Source of the DNA: Macrostomum lignano | Taxonomy: Eukaryota | DNA: 64,000 nt | Direction of reading: 5' to 3' | Assembly: GCA_002269645.1 (NCBI GenBank) | Contig: NIVC01000022.1 | Span: 484,624-548,623, forward strand | Part shown: positions 1-11,027 of the stretch, in pieces | How positions within the stretch are numbered: position 1 is the first letter of the stretch | Layout of the letters: each line of letters begins with the position of its first letter | Notes under the pieces: generated by a model | Database searches by the model: none | What the model was told of the DNA's origin: nothing | What the model saw: only the letters and a program-made list of their open reading frames with translations | Made by a program: the position numbers and the translations under genes

Positions 1-414
1 CATGTATGTTTGTATATGCATGTACCCATCATTGACTAAATTGCTTATATTACTAGTAGTGTAGCACTAGTGTATTTGCTATTGTAGAAATTGTAGAATC
101 AATCAGCAATCAGTGATTGACAGTGTTGAAGAACTTGCAACATGATAATTGACTAAATAATATCATTTTAATGATAATTACTAATTACTATATTAGCTTT
201 TTGTGTTCTAGTTTGACTGCGGGCTTTTAATTTGGACACAGAGTTGGGCAAAGCCCAGAGAATGCTGGCTAGTCTATGGCACAAACCAGGGAACTGATCA
301 AATTTGGATAGTCTTTTCCTTCTCCTTTCTCTTGCATCTTTTTTCTTGACTGACTTATAAGCAGTCTTGTACCAGAGGATGTCAGAGGGAGTCAGCAAAG
401 GAGGGAGGATGAAA

Positions 415-912
415 CTAATCAAAGTGGAACACCACTCTGTTATTGTCTCCAAAAGCCTTTATGCGCATTTTCTTCATAGGAGCTTGCACCTCCAGAGGAG
501 GCTAGGGCACTTGCACTTACGCTGCAGTTACCCGAGACTCACTCACCGGTTGGCCAGTTGAGGAACCACTCAATAGTGCACTTGTGCATTTCTCCATGGT
601 CACCAAGGTACTGATGTACTTCTCCACTACACTGGAGCTGTGGCCAGTCACATGGCAGATATCTGCCCATTCCATACCAGCCTCGCAGAGATGGGTTGCG
701 CAACTCTTACAGAGACTCTGATTCGAGTAGTGTCAAATGTCAGAGGGAGCAACCATGGCCACGGTGTCCTTGACAACGGTTGCCAATGAATGACATCCAA
801 TCGGTGCCCTTGTCAACCTTGTCCCCAGGCTTCAAGATGAAATCCAGTAGGTCCGGCAAAATCTCCATATCTGGGGCTTCAACAACAGCAGCAAAGATGT
901 CACCCATATTTG
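415..912 (-). pseudogene. Degenerate tyrosine-recombinase (Crypton-like) C-terminal region, interrupted by stops/frameshifts and by a MITE at 921
   Basis: My translation of the minus strand gives RAPIGCHSLATVVKDTVAMVAPSDI*HYSNQSLCKSCATHLCEAGMEWADICHVTGHSSSVVEKYIS. This follows the YR pattern NHSLRxxxATxLxxxG...I...TGH.S......Y with degenerate substitutions. A second frame ends PMKKMRIKAFGDNNRVVFHFD*. Contains in-frame stops. Confidence 0.55.
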
Positions 913-920
913 GTACCAAG

Positions 921-1218
921 CATACATGCGCAACAGTCGGCCGAGTCGGCCGATCCGGCCGACTGATTTGGCAGCCAACCAAGGAAGTCGCAAAAATGCC
1001 CACCCAAAAAAATACCCCCGTAGTAGTACTAAGTAGCTGACGAGGCATTTTTGCCTGATAAGACAGTCATAGTTACTCCCGCCGTTTACCCAAAGTTGCG
1101 TTAATTTTGCTTTGGGGTTTTTTTACATGTAAGTCGCATTTTTGGCCAAAAACTACGTCGCATTTTTGTTAAAACTAAGTCGCACGGCCGACCGAATTTT
1201 GGACGTTGCGCATGTATG
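921..1218. mobile_element. Non-autonomous hAT-type MITE (298 bp)
   Basis: Perfect 14-bp TIRs CATACATGCGCAAC (921-934) / GTTGCGCATGTATG (1205-1218). Identical 8-bp TSD GTACCAAG (913-920 and 1219-1226). Subterminal GTCGCA and CGGCCGA repeats at both ends. Confidence 0.85.
1028..1091 (-). other. 28S rRNA-derived fragment (R2 / I-PpoI target region) inside the MITE
   Basis: Reverse complement of 1038-1091 is GGGTAAACGGCGGGAGTAACTATGACTGTCTTATCAGGCAAAAATGCCTCGTCA. Canonical eukaryotic 28S, recalled from memory, is GGGTAAACGGCGGGAGTAACTATGACTCTCTTAAGGTAGCCAAATGCCTCGTCA. Ungapped, 45/54 identical, first 27 nt exact. Weaker similarity continues to about 1028. Confidence 0.8.
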
Positions 1219-1589
1219 GTACCAAGCTACATACAATTGAAGCTTTTCTGATCTTACATAGAATATTTGGCTTTATAGAGATTTGTAGCCAATAGTCTAT
1301 GACCGAGGCTTAGTCTCATTTCCTCCAGCTGGCTGCAGCAATTAAATATTATAATCCCCACTTGATTTCATTTCTTTGACCTAGGAATGGCTAAGGACTG
1401 CGCTTCTAGGCCTTGGCTTTGCCTTGGCGGAAATACTTACATATTATGATGTCTGCACTTTATAGATATCTATGGCCTAATACACTAAGTCAATACAAAA
1501 TATCTATATTATCTAATAACTGGTATGCATCTAAAGCCTGCATTCAGTCCAAGGACTAGGAGGTTGCCACAGACACCCTCAATTACCCT

Positions 1590-1748
1590 AGCCATGCTGG
1601 CACCCAATTTACAGCTGGGTGAACTGAAGCAATATGGAGTTATGTATCTTGCTCAAGGACACTTTTAAATTGTTCTAGTGGGATTGGTAATCAAACCCCA
1701 CCTGTCAAGTTGTGAGTCTTACACTCTAACCACTAGGCTACAACCCCT
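1590..1748 (+). mobile_element. Probable SINE fragment (V-domain-like)
   Basis: TTTACAGCTGGGTGAACTGAAGCAATATGGAGTTATGTATCTTGCTCAAGGACAC ... CTCTAACCACTAGGCTAC resembles the conserved central domain and tail of widespread metazoan V-type SINEs. Recalled consensus, not searched. Confidence 0.45.
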
Positions 1749-2207
1749 CTAGGGCAACAACCCCAAAATTCATAATAGCTTTCCTATAGTTTCCAAGAAC
1801 CTAATGGTAATTGTAGCATTTTCCTCTGGCTAAAACTTGACTATATATCAATATCATAGTCTATCCGATTGTTTGAAACTCACTTTTATCTACAGAAGGC
1901 TAATAATTGTACTAGCAAGCTTTGAATGGGGATGCTAATCAACTAAAGCAATAAATCTCGCTTTTTGTATACGATATTTAAAGTAAAAGCAAGAAATGTC
2001 TCACATATAAATCTAAATATACTAAATCTCTAAGTTTTGTATGCTTGATTGCTTGTCCATAATTAATACTAATAATAGTAGCGCTATCGAATTGTTTTCA
2101 CGACTCTACTTTTAGTAGTAATGCAGAGAAATTACTCAAAATAATCATTTTAACATTATTTGCTCTACTAAATGTGAAAATCTTGTTTTTTCTAATTATT
2201 CACTAAG

Positions 2208-5200
2208 CAACGCTGCTGCCCGTCACTTCAGCTGCAGTCCATCGCCATCTCGGACCCGACTGTCGCGCGCCTCGAGCGATGGCGCGTGAAGCCGGGTCAA
2301 TATGTGAACCCCACCGACTCGCTCGGCCTGTTGCGCACCTCGGCCGGCAAGGAGCTGCGCCTGTACCCGCCCAACGGCGGCCGCATTGTCCGCCTTCTGG
2401 TGTCGGACGGTTCAGCGGTGAAGCTTGGCGACGCCGTCTGCGAGCTGGAGCCGTGCGAGCACTCCATCGTGATGAAGGACCTCTGCGCGAGTGCGGCCAG
2501 AACCTGCGAACTGAAAATGGCGCGCCAGGCGAACGGCGCCAATCGGCCTTAGCAACCGTTGCTATGGTGCACTGCATCCCAGAGCTGCACGTCAGCCAGG
2601 GCCGGGCGGAATGTCTCGCTGCCGAGGACGAAGACCTGCTGCTCAAACAGAGGAAGCTGGTGCTGCTGGTCGACCTGGACCAGACGGTGATTCACACCAC
2701 CACTCAGAATGTGCCGCCCAAGCTGGCTAAAGTGCACCACTTCCAGCTGAAGCCGCCGGTGTGGTACCACACTCGGGTGCGACCAGGTGTTGAAGAGTTT
2801 CTCGCTCGAATTTCTAGGTTCGTCTGAATGTTGCTTAACCCAAAGCTAAGCTGAAATATCCCAGACTAGTAAAGTCGCTGTGACAGAATCGCCCTGACAA
2901 ATCGCCGAATCTAGAGTTGCCCAGTCCACAATTGCCTAATCCAGAATCGCCCTGACAAAATCGCCCAGTCCAGAATCGCCCAATCCAGAATCGCCCAGTC
3001 CAGAATCGCCCAATCCAGAATCGCCCAATCCAGAATCGCCCAATCCAGAATCGCCCTAAACCCCCACAGCCTGTATGAGTTGCACATCATCAGCTTCGGC
3101 AACCGGCCCTACGCCCACAAGATCGCCAGCCTGATTGACCCGGAGAAGCGCTATTTCTCGCACCGAATTCTCAGCCGAGACGAATGCTACAATCCGCTAA
3201 CAAAGACCGCCAATTTAAAGTCTTTATTCCCGCGCGGCGATCATATGATTGTCATCATTGACGACCGGGACGAGGTCTGGGACTCGATGCCTAGTCTGAT
3301 CCACGTCAAACCCTACCAGTTCTTCGAGGGCACTGAGGATATCAATTGCCCGCCGGGCTCCGCTGTCCCAGCCTCCAAAGCCGACCCAATGGACCTGGTT
3401 GAGAAGGCCATGGAGCACCAGCACCCGCAGCCGGAGAAACAGCAGGAGCAGCAGCCGCAGGATCCCAATCAGCCTATTGAGTGGCCGGACAATGACAGGT
3501 AAGTGAAACTGTGTGGACCTATCTGCCTGCAGGCATTCAGTTCTGTGTCCGATCCGGAGTACCACTGCCTGGTAGGAATTCCCTGTCCAGAATACCGTCT
3601 GGTAGGAATTCCCCTGTTTGGTAGGAATTCCACTGTCTGGTAGGAATTCCCCTGTCTGGTAGGAATTCCACTGTCTGGTAGGAATTCCCCTCTCTGGTAG
3701 GAATTCCACTGTCTGGTAGGAATTCCCCTGTCTGGTAGGAATTCCACTGTCTGGTAGGAATCCCCCTGTCTAGTAAGAATTCCCCTGTCTGGTAGTAATT
3801 CCCGTCTATCTAATTCCACTGTCTGGTAGGAATTCCACTGTCTGGTAGGAATTCCCCTCTCTGGTAGGAATTCCACTGTCTGGTAGGAATTCCCCTCTCT
3901 GATAGGAATTCCCCTCTATCGAATTCCACTGTCTGGTAGGAATTCCCCTGTTTGGAATACCTCTGACCGATCCATTTTATTGAGAATTCCCCCGTCCAAT
4001 CGCCCTGCGTTCGCATTTCTTATTGGGTATTTCCGAATTCCCTCTGTTTACGAGAGGGAATTCTCGTAGAATTATTTTTCCTGTTGTCTGATATCAATCG
4101 TGCGAGCCCCGCGCCGCGCCCACAGGTACCTGCACCGGCTGGCCGACATCCTGACGGACATCCACTCTGAATATTATAGCCGACTGGACGCGTCCACTGG
4201 CGCCGACGGTGGCGGCGGCGGCGATTCAGCGACGGCGGCGACAGCGTCAACAAAGGCGAAGCCGCCAGAGTCGCGGCAGGTGTGCACCGAGCTGCGCGGC
4301 CAGGTGCTCCGCGGCTGCCGCCTGGTGTTCAGCGGCCTGTTCCCTACCAGCCTGCCGCCGGAGAAGAGCAAAGCCTACCAGATTGCCACCGGCCTGGGCG
4401 CCGAGGTGCAGGCAGACGTGCAGCTGGGCAGCAAAGTGGCTCAGGTATTGTGCTGTCAGTTTGTGCTGTCAGTTTGTGCTGTCAGTTTGTGCTGTCAGTT
4501 TGTGCTGTCAGTTTGTGCTGTCAGTTTGTGCTGTCAGTTTGTGCTGCCAGTTTGTGCTGCCAGTTTGTGTTGTCAGTTTGTGCTGCCAGTTTGTGCTGCC
4601 AGTTTGTGCTGTCAGTTTGTGCTGCCAGTTTGTGCTGCCAGTTTGTGCTGTCAGTTTGTGCTGCCAGTTTGTGCTGCCAGTTTGTGTTGTCAGTTTGTGC
4701 TGCCAGTTTGTGCTGTCAGTTTGTGCTGCCAGTTTGTGCTGTCAGTTTGTGCTATCAGCTGTGCCATCAGCTGTGCCATCATTCAAAATGTCAGTCCTTC
4801 CTGTCAGTCAGTATTAGAAGTCAAGCGGGCCACCCGTCTCCCACCCGCAGGACAGCCGCACCACTCACCTGGTGGCTGCCAAGAGCGGTACATCGAAATT
4901 TCACCGGGCCCGCAAGGCCCAGTCGGAATCGCCTGACGGCTGCAGCATCGTGAACCCCGAGTGGCTGTGGACCTGCTACTACGAATGGCGCCGCTGCCCG
5001 GAGGCCGACTTCCCTGTCGTCGCCGACGTCGACTATCTGGGCTTGCGGCGCGACTCCCGGCAGCGCCGGGACAGCGAGGTCAAGCGGTACAAGTCGGACA
5101 GGAAGCGCCGCCGCCAGGAGTCCCTGGTGGTGACGCCGGAGGAGGCGACAGCAAAAGAGGACGGCGACGAAGAGACTGAGAATTCTGGAGCTGCGACGGC

Positions 5201-5882
5201 GGCGGCGACAGCACTCTCGGTGTCCAAGGAGGCGCCTCCAGCGGCTCCGCCGGCGGCTTCAAGCAGCGGCGGCGGCAGTAGCCAGCAGCGACGTTTTGAA
5301 CTGGCCGACAATCCGCTGCTCAGCATGTCCCCAAGCGACCTGAGGAGCCTGCAGGACGAGGTCGACGCCGAGCTGGAGGGAATTTCTTCCTCATCGTCTT
5401 CGTCCTCCTCCAGCTCGAAGTCGGAGGCCCGGCTGCGTCGCAAAGTTCTCCGGTTCAGCTCCGGCGAGGCCTCCGGTAAGTCGGTCGCTTCTGGCGGTAG
5501 CGGCGGCACTTCAAAGCGGAAGCTGGCCAAGAAGATGAAGGAGCTGAAGAGACGAGGTGGCGACGGCAAGCGGGCTGCGGCGGCTGCGGCAGATTCCACC
5601 GATGACGAAGAGGACGAAGAGGAGTCTGGCGGATCGATGGAGAACGGCGCCGGAGCGGCGGCAGCGCCCGGCGAGGACCGCGACTGGGGCGAGGGCTGCA
5701 AGGAGGGCTACGATTACGCTGATGCCGAGGCCAATTTCCACGTGCTTGGCGGCGACGTCGACTCGAGCACGGACGAGGGCGAGGATCAGGATGATGAAGA
5801 CGACGACGAAGATGATGAAGCTGACTCTATTGAGGCTGGGGAGCGGCGCCGGCGCCGGCGAAAACGGGAATGGCGCCGCTAG
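2208..5882 (+). CDS. CTDP1: RNA polymerase II CTD phosphatase FCP1/CTDP1. Exons ~2208-2817, 3070-3498, 4126-4444, 4851-5882; start codon not located
   Basis: FCPH catalytic motif LLVDLDQTVIHT; YELHIISFG; LIDPEKRYFSHRILSRDEC; IIDDRDEVW; BRCT domain (LRGCRLVFSG...THLVAAKSGT...VNPEWLWTC); acidic C-terminal tail. GT-AG junctions keep frame. One single-base loss near 2487 (LCA-ECGQ) splits exon 1 between two ORF frames. Confidence 0.95.
2885..3058. repeat. 15-bp minisatellite (CCAGAATCGCCCAAT) in CTDP1 intron 1
   Basis: Tandem units visible directly. Confidence 0.9.
3568..3955. repeat. 19-20-bp minisatellite (CTGGTAGGAATTCCCCTGT) in CTDP1 intron 2
   Basis: Tandem units visible directly. Confidence 0.9.
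4449..4765. repeat. 13-bp minisatellite (GTGCTGTCAGTTT) in CTDP1 intron 3
   Basis: Tandem units visible directly. Confidence 0.9.
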
Positions 5883-5994
5883 AGACTTTGAACCCAGGCA
5901 CCTGTTGTGAATTGCCGTCGGCTAAAGAAGTCTAAATTTTACTATTTAAAACTTTTCAATTCGGCCTATGTAATTTCGTAAAATCGCTATCCAA

Positions 5995-7462
5995 CCCAGT
6001 AGAATCGCCCCCTACAACTCGGTAGAATCGCCTCCTACAACCCGGTAGAATCGCCCCCTGCAACCCGGTAGAATCGCCCCCTGCAACCCGGTAGAATCGC
6101 CCCCTGCAACCCGGTAGAATCGCCCCCTTTACAACACGGTAGAATCGCCTCCTACAATCCGGTAGAGTCGCCTCCTACAATCCGGTAGAATCGCCCCCTA
6201 CAACCCGGTAGAATCGCCCCCTACAACCCGGTAGAATCGCCCCCTGCAACCCGGTAGAATCGCCCCCTTTACAACACGGTAGAATCGCCTCCTACAATCC
6301 GGTAGAATCGCCTCCTACAACCCGGTAGAATCGCCCCCTGCAACCCGGTAGAATCGCCCCCTGCAACCCGGTAGAATCGTCTCCTTTACAACACGGTAGA
6401 ATCGCCTCCTACAATCCGGTAGAATCGCCTCCTACAATCCGGTAGAATCGCCCCCTACAACCCGGTAGAATCGCCTCCTACAACACGGTAGAATCGCCTC
6501 CTACAACACGGTAGAATCGCCCCCTACAACCCGGTAGAATCGCCCCCTACAACCCGGTAGAATCGCCTCCTACAACCCGGTAGAATCGCCCCCTACAACC
6601 CGGTAGAATCGCCCCCTACAACCCGGTAGAATCGCCCCCTACAACCCGGTAGAATCGCCTCCTACAACCCGGTAGAATCGCCCCCTGCAACCCGGTAGAA
6701 TCGCCCCCTGCAACCCGGTAGAATCGCCCCCTGCAACCCGGTAGAATCGCCCCCTGCAACCCGGTAGAATCGCCCCCTACAACCCGGTAGAGTCGCCCCC
6801 TGCAACCCGGTAGAATCGCCCCCTGCAACCCGGTAGAATCGCCCCCTGCAACCCGGTAGAATCGCCCCCTTTACAACACGGTAGAATCGCCTCCTACAAT
6901 CCGGTAGAGTCGCCTCCTACAATCCGGTAGAATCGCCCCCTACAACCCGGTAGAATCGCCCCCTACAACCCGGTAGAATCGCCCCCTGCAACCCGGTAGA
7001 ATCGCCCCCTTTACAACACGGTAGAATCGCCTCCTACAATCCGGTAGAATCGCCTCCTACAACCCGGTAGAATCGCCCCCTGCAACCCGGTAGAATCGCC
7101 CCCTGCAACCCGGTAGAATCGCCTCCTTTACAACACGGTAGAATCGCCTCCTACAACCCGGTAGAATCGCCCCCTACAACCCGGTAGAATCGCCTCCTAC
7201 AACCCGGTAGAATCGCCCCCTACAACCCGGTAGAATCGCCCCCTACAACCCGGTAGAATCGCCCCCTGCAACCCGGTAGAATCGCCCCCTGCAACCCGGT
7301 AGAATCGCCCCCTGCAACCCGGTAGAATCGCCCCCTGCAACCCGGTAGAATCGCCCCCTACAACCCGGTAGAGTCGCCCCCTACAACCCGGTAGAGTCGC
7401 CCCCTGCAACCCGGTAGAATCGCCCCCTGCAACCCGGTAGAATCGCTCCCTACAACCCGGCA
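5995..7462. repeat. 23-bp tandem array (GGTAGAATCGCCCCCTACAACCC)
   Basis: About 1.45 kb of near-perfect units downstream of the CTDP1 stop. Confidence 0.95.
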
Positions 7463-8064
7463 GAAACACCCTAGAAATTTCACATCGTCCAGTGAGTTTC
7501 CAGCATCCCTGAGCCTCATCAGTTCACCCGATGGGCATTAGCATTGTTTTTGCTATTTTCTCGTTATCAATGAAGGACACGACGGCACTCTGCTTCACAC
7601 AATTCATTAATATGCTTTTCCTTCGTAATTTGCCGCATTTTTGATCCCTTATTCTTTGCTTCTACTTTTAGTAGTAAAAAATAGGTTAAATTAGATTAGC
7701 AGCGTCATCTAACATTTGAATTTCTACTGTGTTGTTCAGCATAGGCTAATGATGTTATTTTGTAATCAATAATTTCTACTGGTACGTTTCAAGCGCATTG
7801 AGTGACTGAATTTATACTCGTAAGTTACTTGTTGAAGCGTGTCGATAAAAAGTAATTAATTTAATATATAAATATATAACTTTATTATTTATTTATTTAG
7901 TAAACCAGTTTATCGTACGAGATAAAAACTGATTAAACAGAAATTCTGCCCTGCCCTCCTAATTTTTATTCCTAACGTGCGGCCTTTGCGTCAAAAATAC
8001 AAGCTGGGTCTTGACACGGGAACACAGGCTGCGCTTAAATTGGTTTGGGCCCAAGTATAATTAA

Positions 8065-9243
8065 GACACACTAGAAATGACTCAGGCACACTAGAAATGA
8101 CTCAGACACACTAGAAATGACTCAGGCACACTAGAAATGACTCAGGCACACTAGAAATGACTCAGGCACACTAGAAATGACTCAGGCACACTAGAAATTA
8201 CTCATGCACACTAGAAATGACTCAGGCACACTAGAAATGACTCAGGCACACTAGAAATGACTCAGGCACACTAGAAATGACTCAGGCACACTAGAAATGA
8301 CTCAGGCACACTAGAAATGACTCAGGCACACTAGAAATGACTCAGACACACTAGAAATGACTCAGACACACTAGAAATGACTCAGGCACACTAGAAATGA
8401 CTCAGGCACACTAGAAATGACTCAGGCACACTAGAAATGACTCAGGCACACTAGAAATGACTGTGACACACTAGAAATGACTCAGGCACACTAGAAATGA
8501 CTGTGACACATTAGAAATGACTCAGACACATTAAAAATGACTCAGGCACACTAGAAATGACTCAGACACACTAGAAATGACTCAGGCACACTAGAAATGA
8601 CTCAGGCACACTAGAAATGACTCAGGCACACTAGAAATGACTGTGACACATTAGAAATGACTCAGACACATTAGAAATGACTCAGGCACACTAGAAATGA
8701 CTCAGGCACACTAGAAATGACTCAGACACACTAGAAATGACTCAGGCACCCTAGAAATGACTCAGGCACACTAGAAATGACTCAGACACATTAGAAATGA
8801 CTCAGACACATTAAAAATGACTCAGGCACACTAGAAATGACTCAGGCACACTAGAAATGACTCAGACACACTAGAAATGACTCAGGCACACTAGAAATGA
8901 CTCAGGCACACTAGAAATGACTCAGACACATTAGAAATGACTCAGACACATTAAAAATGACTCAGGCACATTAAAAATGACTCAGGCACACTAGAAGTGA
9001 CACAGGCACACTAGAAATGACTCAGGCACACTAGAAATGACTCAGGCACACTAGAAATGACTCAGGCACACTAGAAATGACTCAGGCACACTAGAAATGA
9101 CTCAGACACACTAGAAATGACTCAGACACACTAGAAATGACTCAGGCACACTAGAAATGACTCAGGCACACTAGAAATGACTCGGACGCACTAGAAATGA
9201 CTCAGACACACTAGAAATGACTCAGGCACACTAGAAATGACTG
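8065..9243. repeat. 20-bp tandem array (CACACTAGAAATGACTCAGG)
   Basis: About 1.2 kb of near-perfect units. Confidence 0.95.
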
Positions 9244-9492
9244 GTTTTGAATACATGCCAAACTGTGCAGTAGATAGGCAGTTAGCCAATTAAGTAAGTG
9301 TCGCTATATTTTTGGCATTCAACGAAAACTGGCGAGTAAATAAATGAATGGTTACTCATTTTGCAGATTTTTTCATGCAGTAAGTGCTTCTGTCAATCAA
9401 ATTCGTTTTATAGCAAACGCTTAATACATTTGTAGAAAGTTGGGTAAAATAATTGAGCACATTCTCATTGCCTGCGGGTTTGCGGCACAAGT

Positions 9493-10036
9493 TTCAAACC
9501 GGACTCTCCCCAGCTGTCAAACCGGACTCTCCCAGCCCCAGCTGTCAAACCGGACTCTCCCAGCCCCAGCTGTCAAACCGGACTCTCCCAGCCCCAGCTG
9601 TCAAACCGGACTCTCCCAGCCCCAGCTGTCAAACCGGACTATCCCAGCCCCAGCTGTCAAGTTGGACTCTCCCAGCCCCAGCTGTCAAACCGGACTATCC
9701 CAGCCCCAGCTGTCAAGTTGGACTCTCCCAGCCCCAGCTGTCAAACCGGACTATCCCAGCCCCAGCTGTCAAGTTGGACTCTCCCAGCCCCAGCTGTCAA
9801 ACCGGACTATCCCAGCCCCAGCTGTCAAACCGGACTATCCCAGCCCCAACTGTCAAGTTGGACTCTCCCAGCCCCAGCTGTCAAACCGGACTATCCCAGC
9901 CCCAGCTGTCAAGCTGGACTCTCCCAGCCCCAGCTGTCAAACCGGACTATCCCAGCCCCAGCTGTCAAGTTGGACTCTCCCAGCCCCAGCTGTCAAACCG
10001 GACTATCCCAGCCCCAGCTGTCAAACTGGACTCTCC
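9493..10036. repeat. 28-bp tandem array (CTGTCAAACCGGACTCTCCCAGCCCCAG)
   Basis: Tandem units immediately 3' of the EF-hand gene stop. Confidence 0.95.
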
Positions 10037-10041
10037 GCTGC

Positions 10042-11027
10042 CTAAGCGGACTCCAGGAAGTCGGCAGCCTTAGAAAACTCCTCAACCGCGATCTGCCCAT
10101 CCTTGTCCGTGTCCAGCGCCTCAAACATTTCGTCCAGCTCGCGCTTCCCGACGCTCGCCTCAACGAACATCAGCGCCTCCCGGGCCTCCGCCCGCGTGAT
10201 CTGGCCGTTGCCGTTGCGGTCCAGCGAGTGGAAAATCTGCGACATTTCAACGTCGCGCGGCACCGGCTTGCTGGACTTCATCATCGCGCAGAAGTTCTCA
10301 AAGTTTACCCCGCCAATGTCGTTGGGATCGTGCGCCCGGATCATGGCGCAGACCTCCTTGCGGGTGGCGAATATGTTCAGCTGTTTGAGCAGCCGGTTCA
10401 GGTCCGCGAAGTCAATGAGGCCGTCTTTGTTCAGGTCCACCAGCTTGAACATCTCCGCCAGGCGGGCCGTCTCCGGGTCATCGAAGTATCTCTGGGTGGC
10501 TCGGTGAGCCCGATCGGACAAGACTGAGATCCTGGAGGGTGGCGGCGAGGAGCGGACGGGAGATGAGGAACTGCGATGAGAATCTACATGTAGGAATGGG
10601 TTGTCTGGAGATGGGGACCTGGGAATGAAGGAATAAAAAGATAGGGATCTGTGGGATAGGGTATTTGGAGTTGTGATCTGGCACTGGGGATCTGCGATGA
10701 GAACTGGGATTCGAATCTGTAAAAGAGGTTCTGGCTCAGAGAGACCGGTGATGGGGATCTTCAATTTGGCTGGGGAATCTGTATCTGCCGAACAGCAGCA
10801 GTCTCTCACCTTGTGGAGTATTTCTGCTGCTGGCCGACTTGAGACACCAAAGCGCCCGACAGCCTGGCCAATTGAGAATGGCATTGAGACGCGCCAGTGA
10901 CAAATTTAGCTTATTAAGCTGCTAAGATTTGTATCTGTATTCAGAACGCAGCAGAGTTGGCTTACCTGGTGGATGGCAGCCTTTTAGACTGCCTGTTCAT
11001 AGGAAACATTTTCACCGAGTTCCTCAT
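10042..11027 (-). CDS. Calmodulin-like protein with four EF-hands; predicted exons 11027-10966 and 10531-10042
   Basis: EF loops DLNKDGLIDFAD, DPNDIGGVNFEN, DRNGNGQITRAE, DTDKDGQIAVEE. The upstream mini-exon MRNSVKMFPMNRQSKRLPST(R) ends in AG|GTAAG and joins in phase to CAG|G at 10531. The N-terminal half of the track ORF is intronic. Confidence 0.85.

Noticed and set aside
168-452. 94-aa minus-strand ORF
   Set aside because: No recognisable motif. It overlaps the tail of the decayed YR relic in another frame.
1028-1091. Calling the 28S match an rRNA gene
   Set aside because: It is only about 60 nt, lies inside a MITE, and has no flanking rDNA.
5995-10036. Regular arrays that could be mistaken for CRISPR
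   Set aside because: These are head-to-tail monomers with no unique spacers, there are no cas genes, and the context is eukaryotic.
10532-10884. N-terminal half of the 280-aa EF-hand ORF, and a possible extra exon at ~10810-10900
   Set aside because: Low-complexity intron read-through. The candidate exon has a donor site but no compatible in-frame start or acceptor that I could establish.
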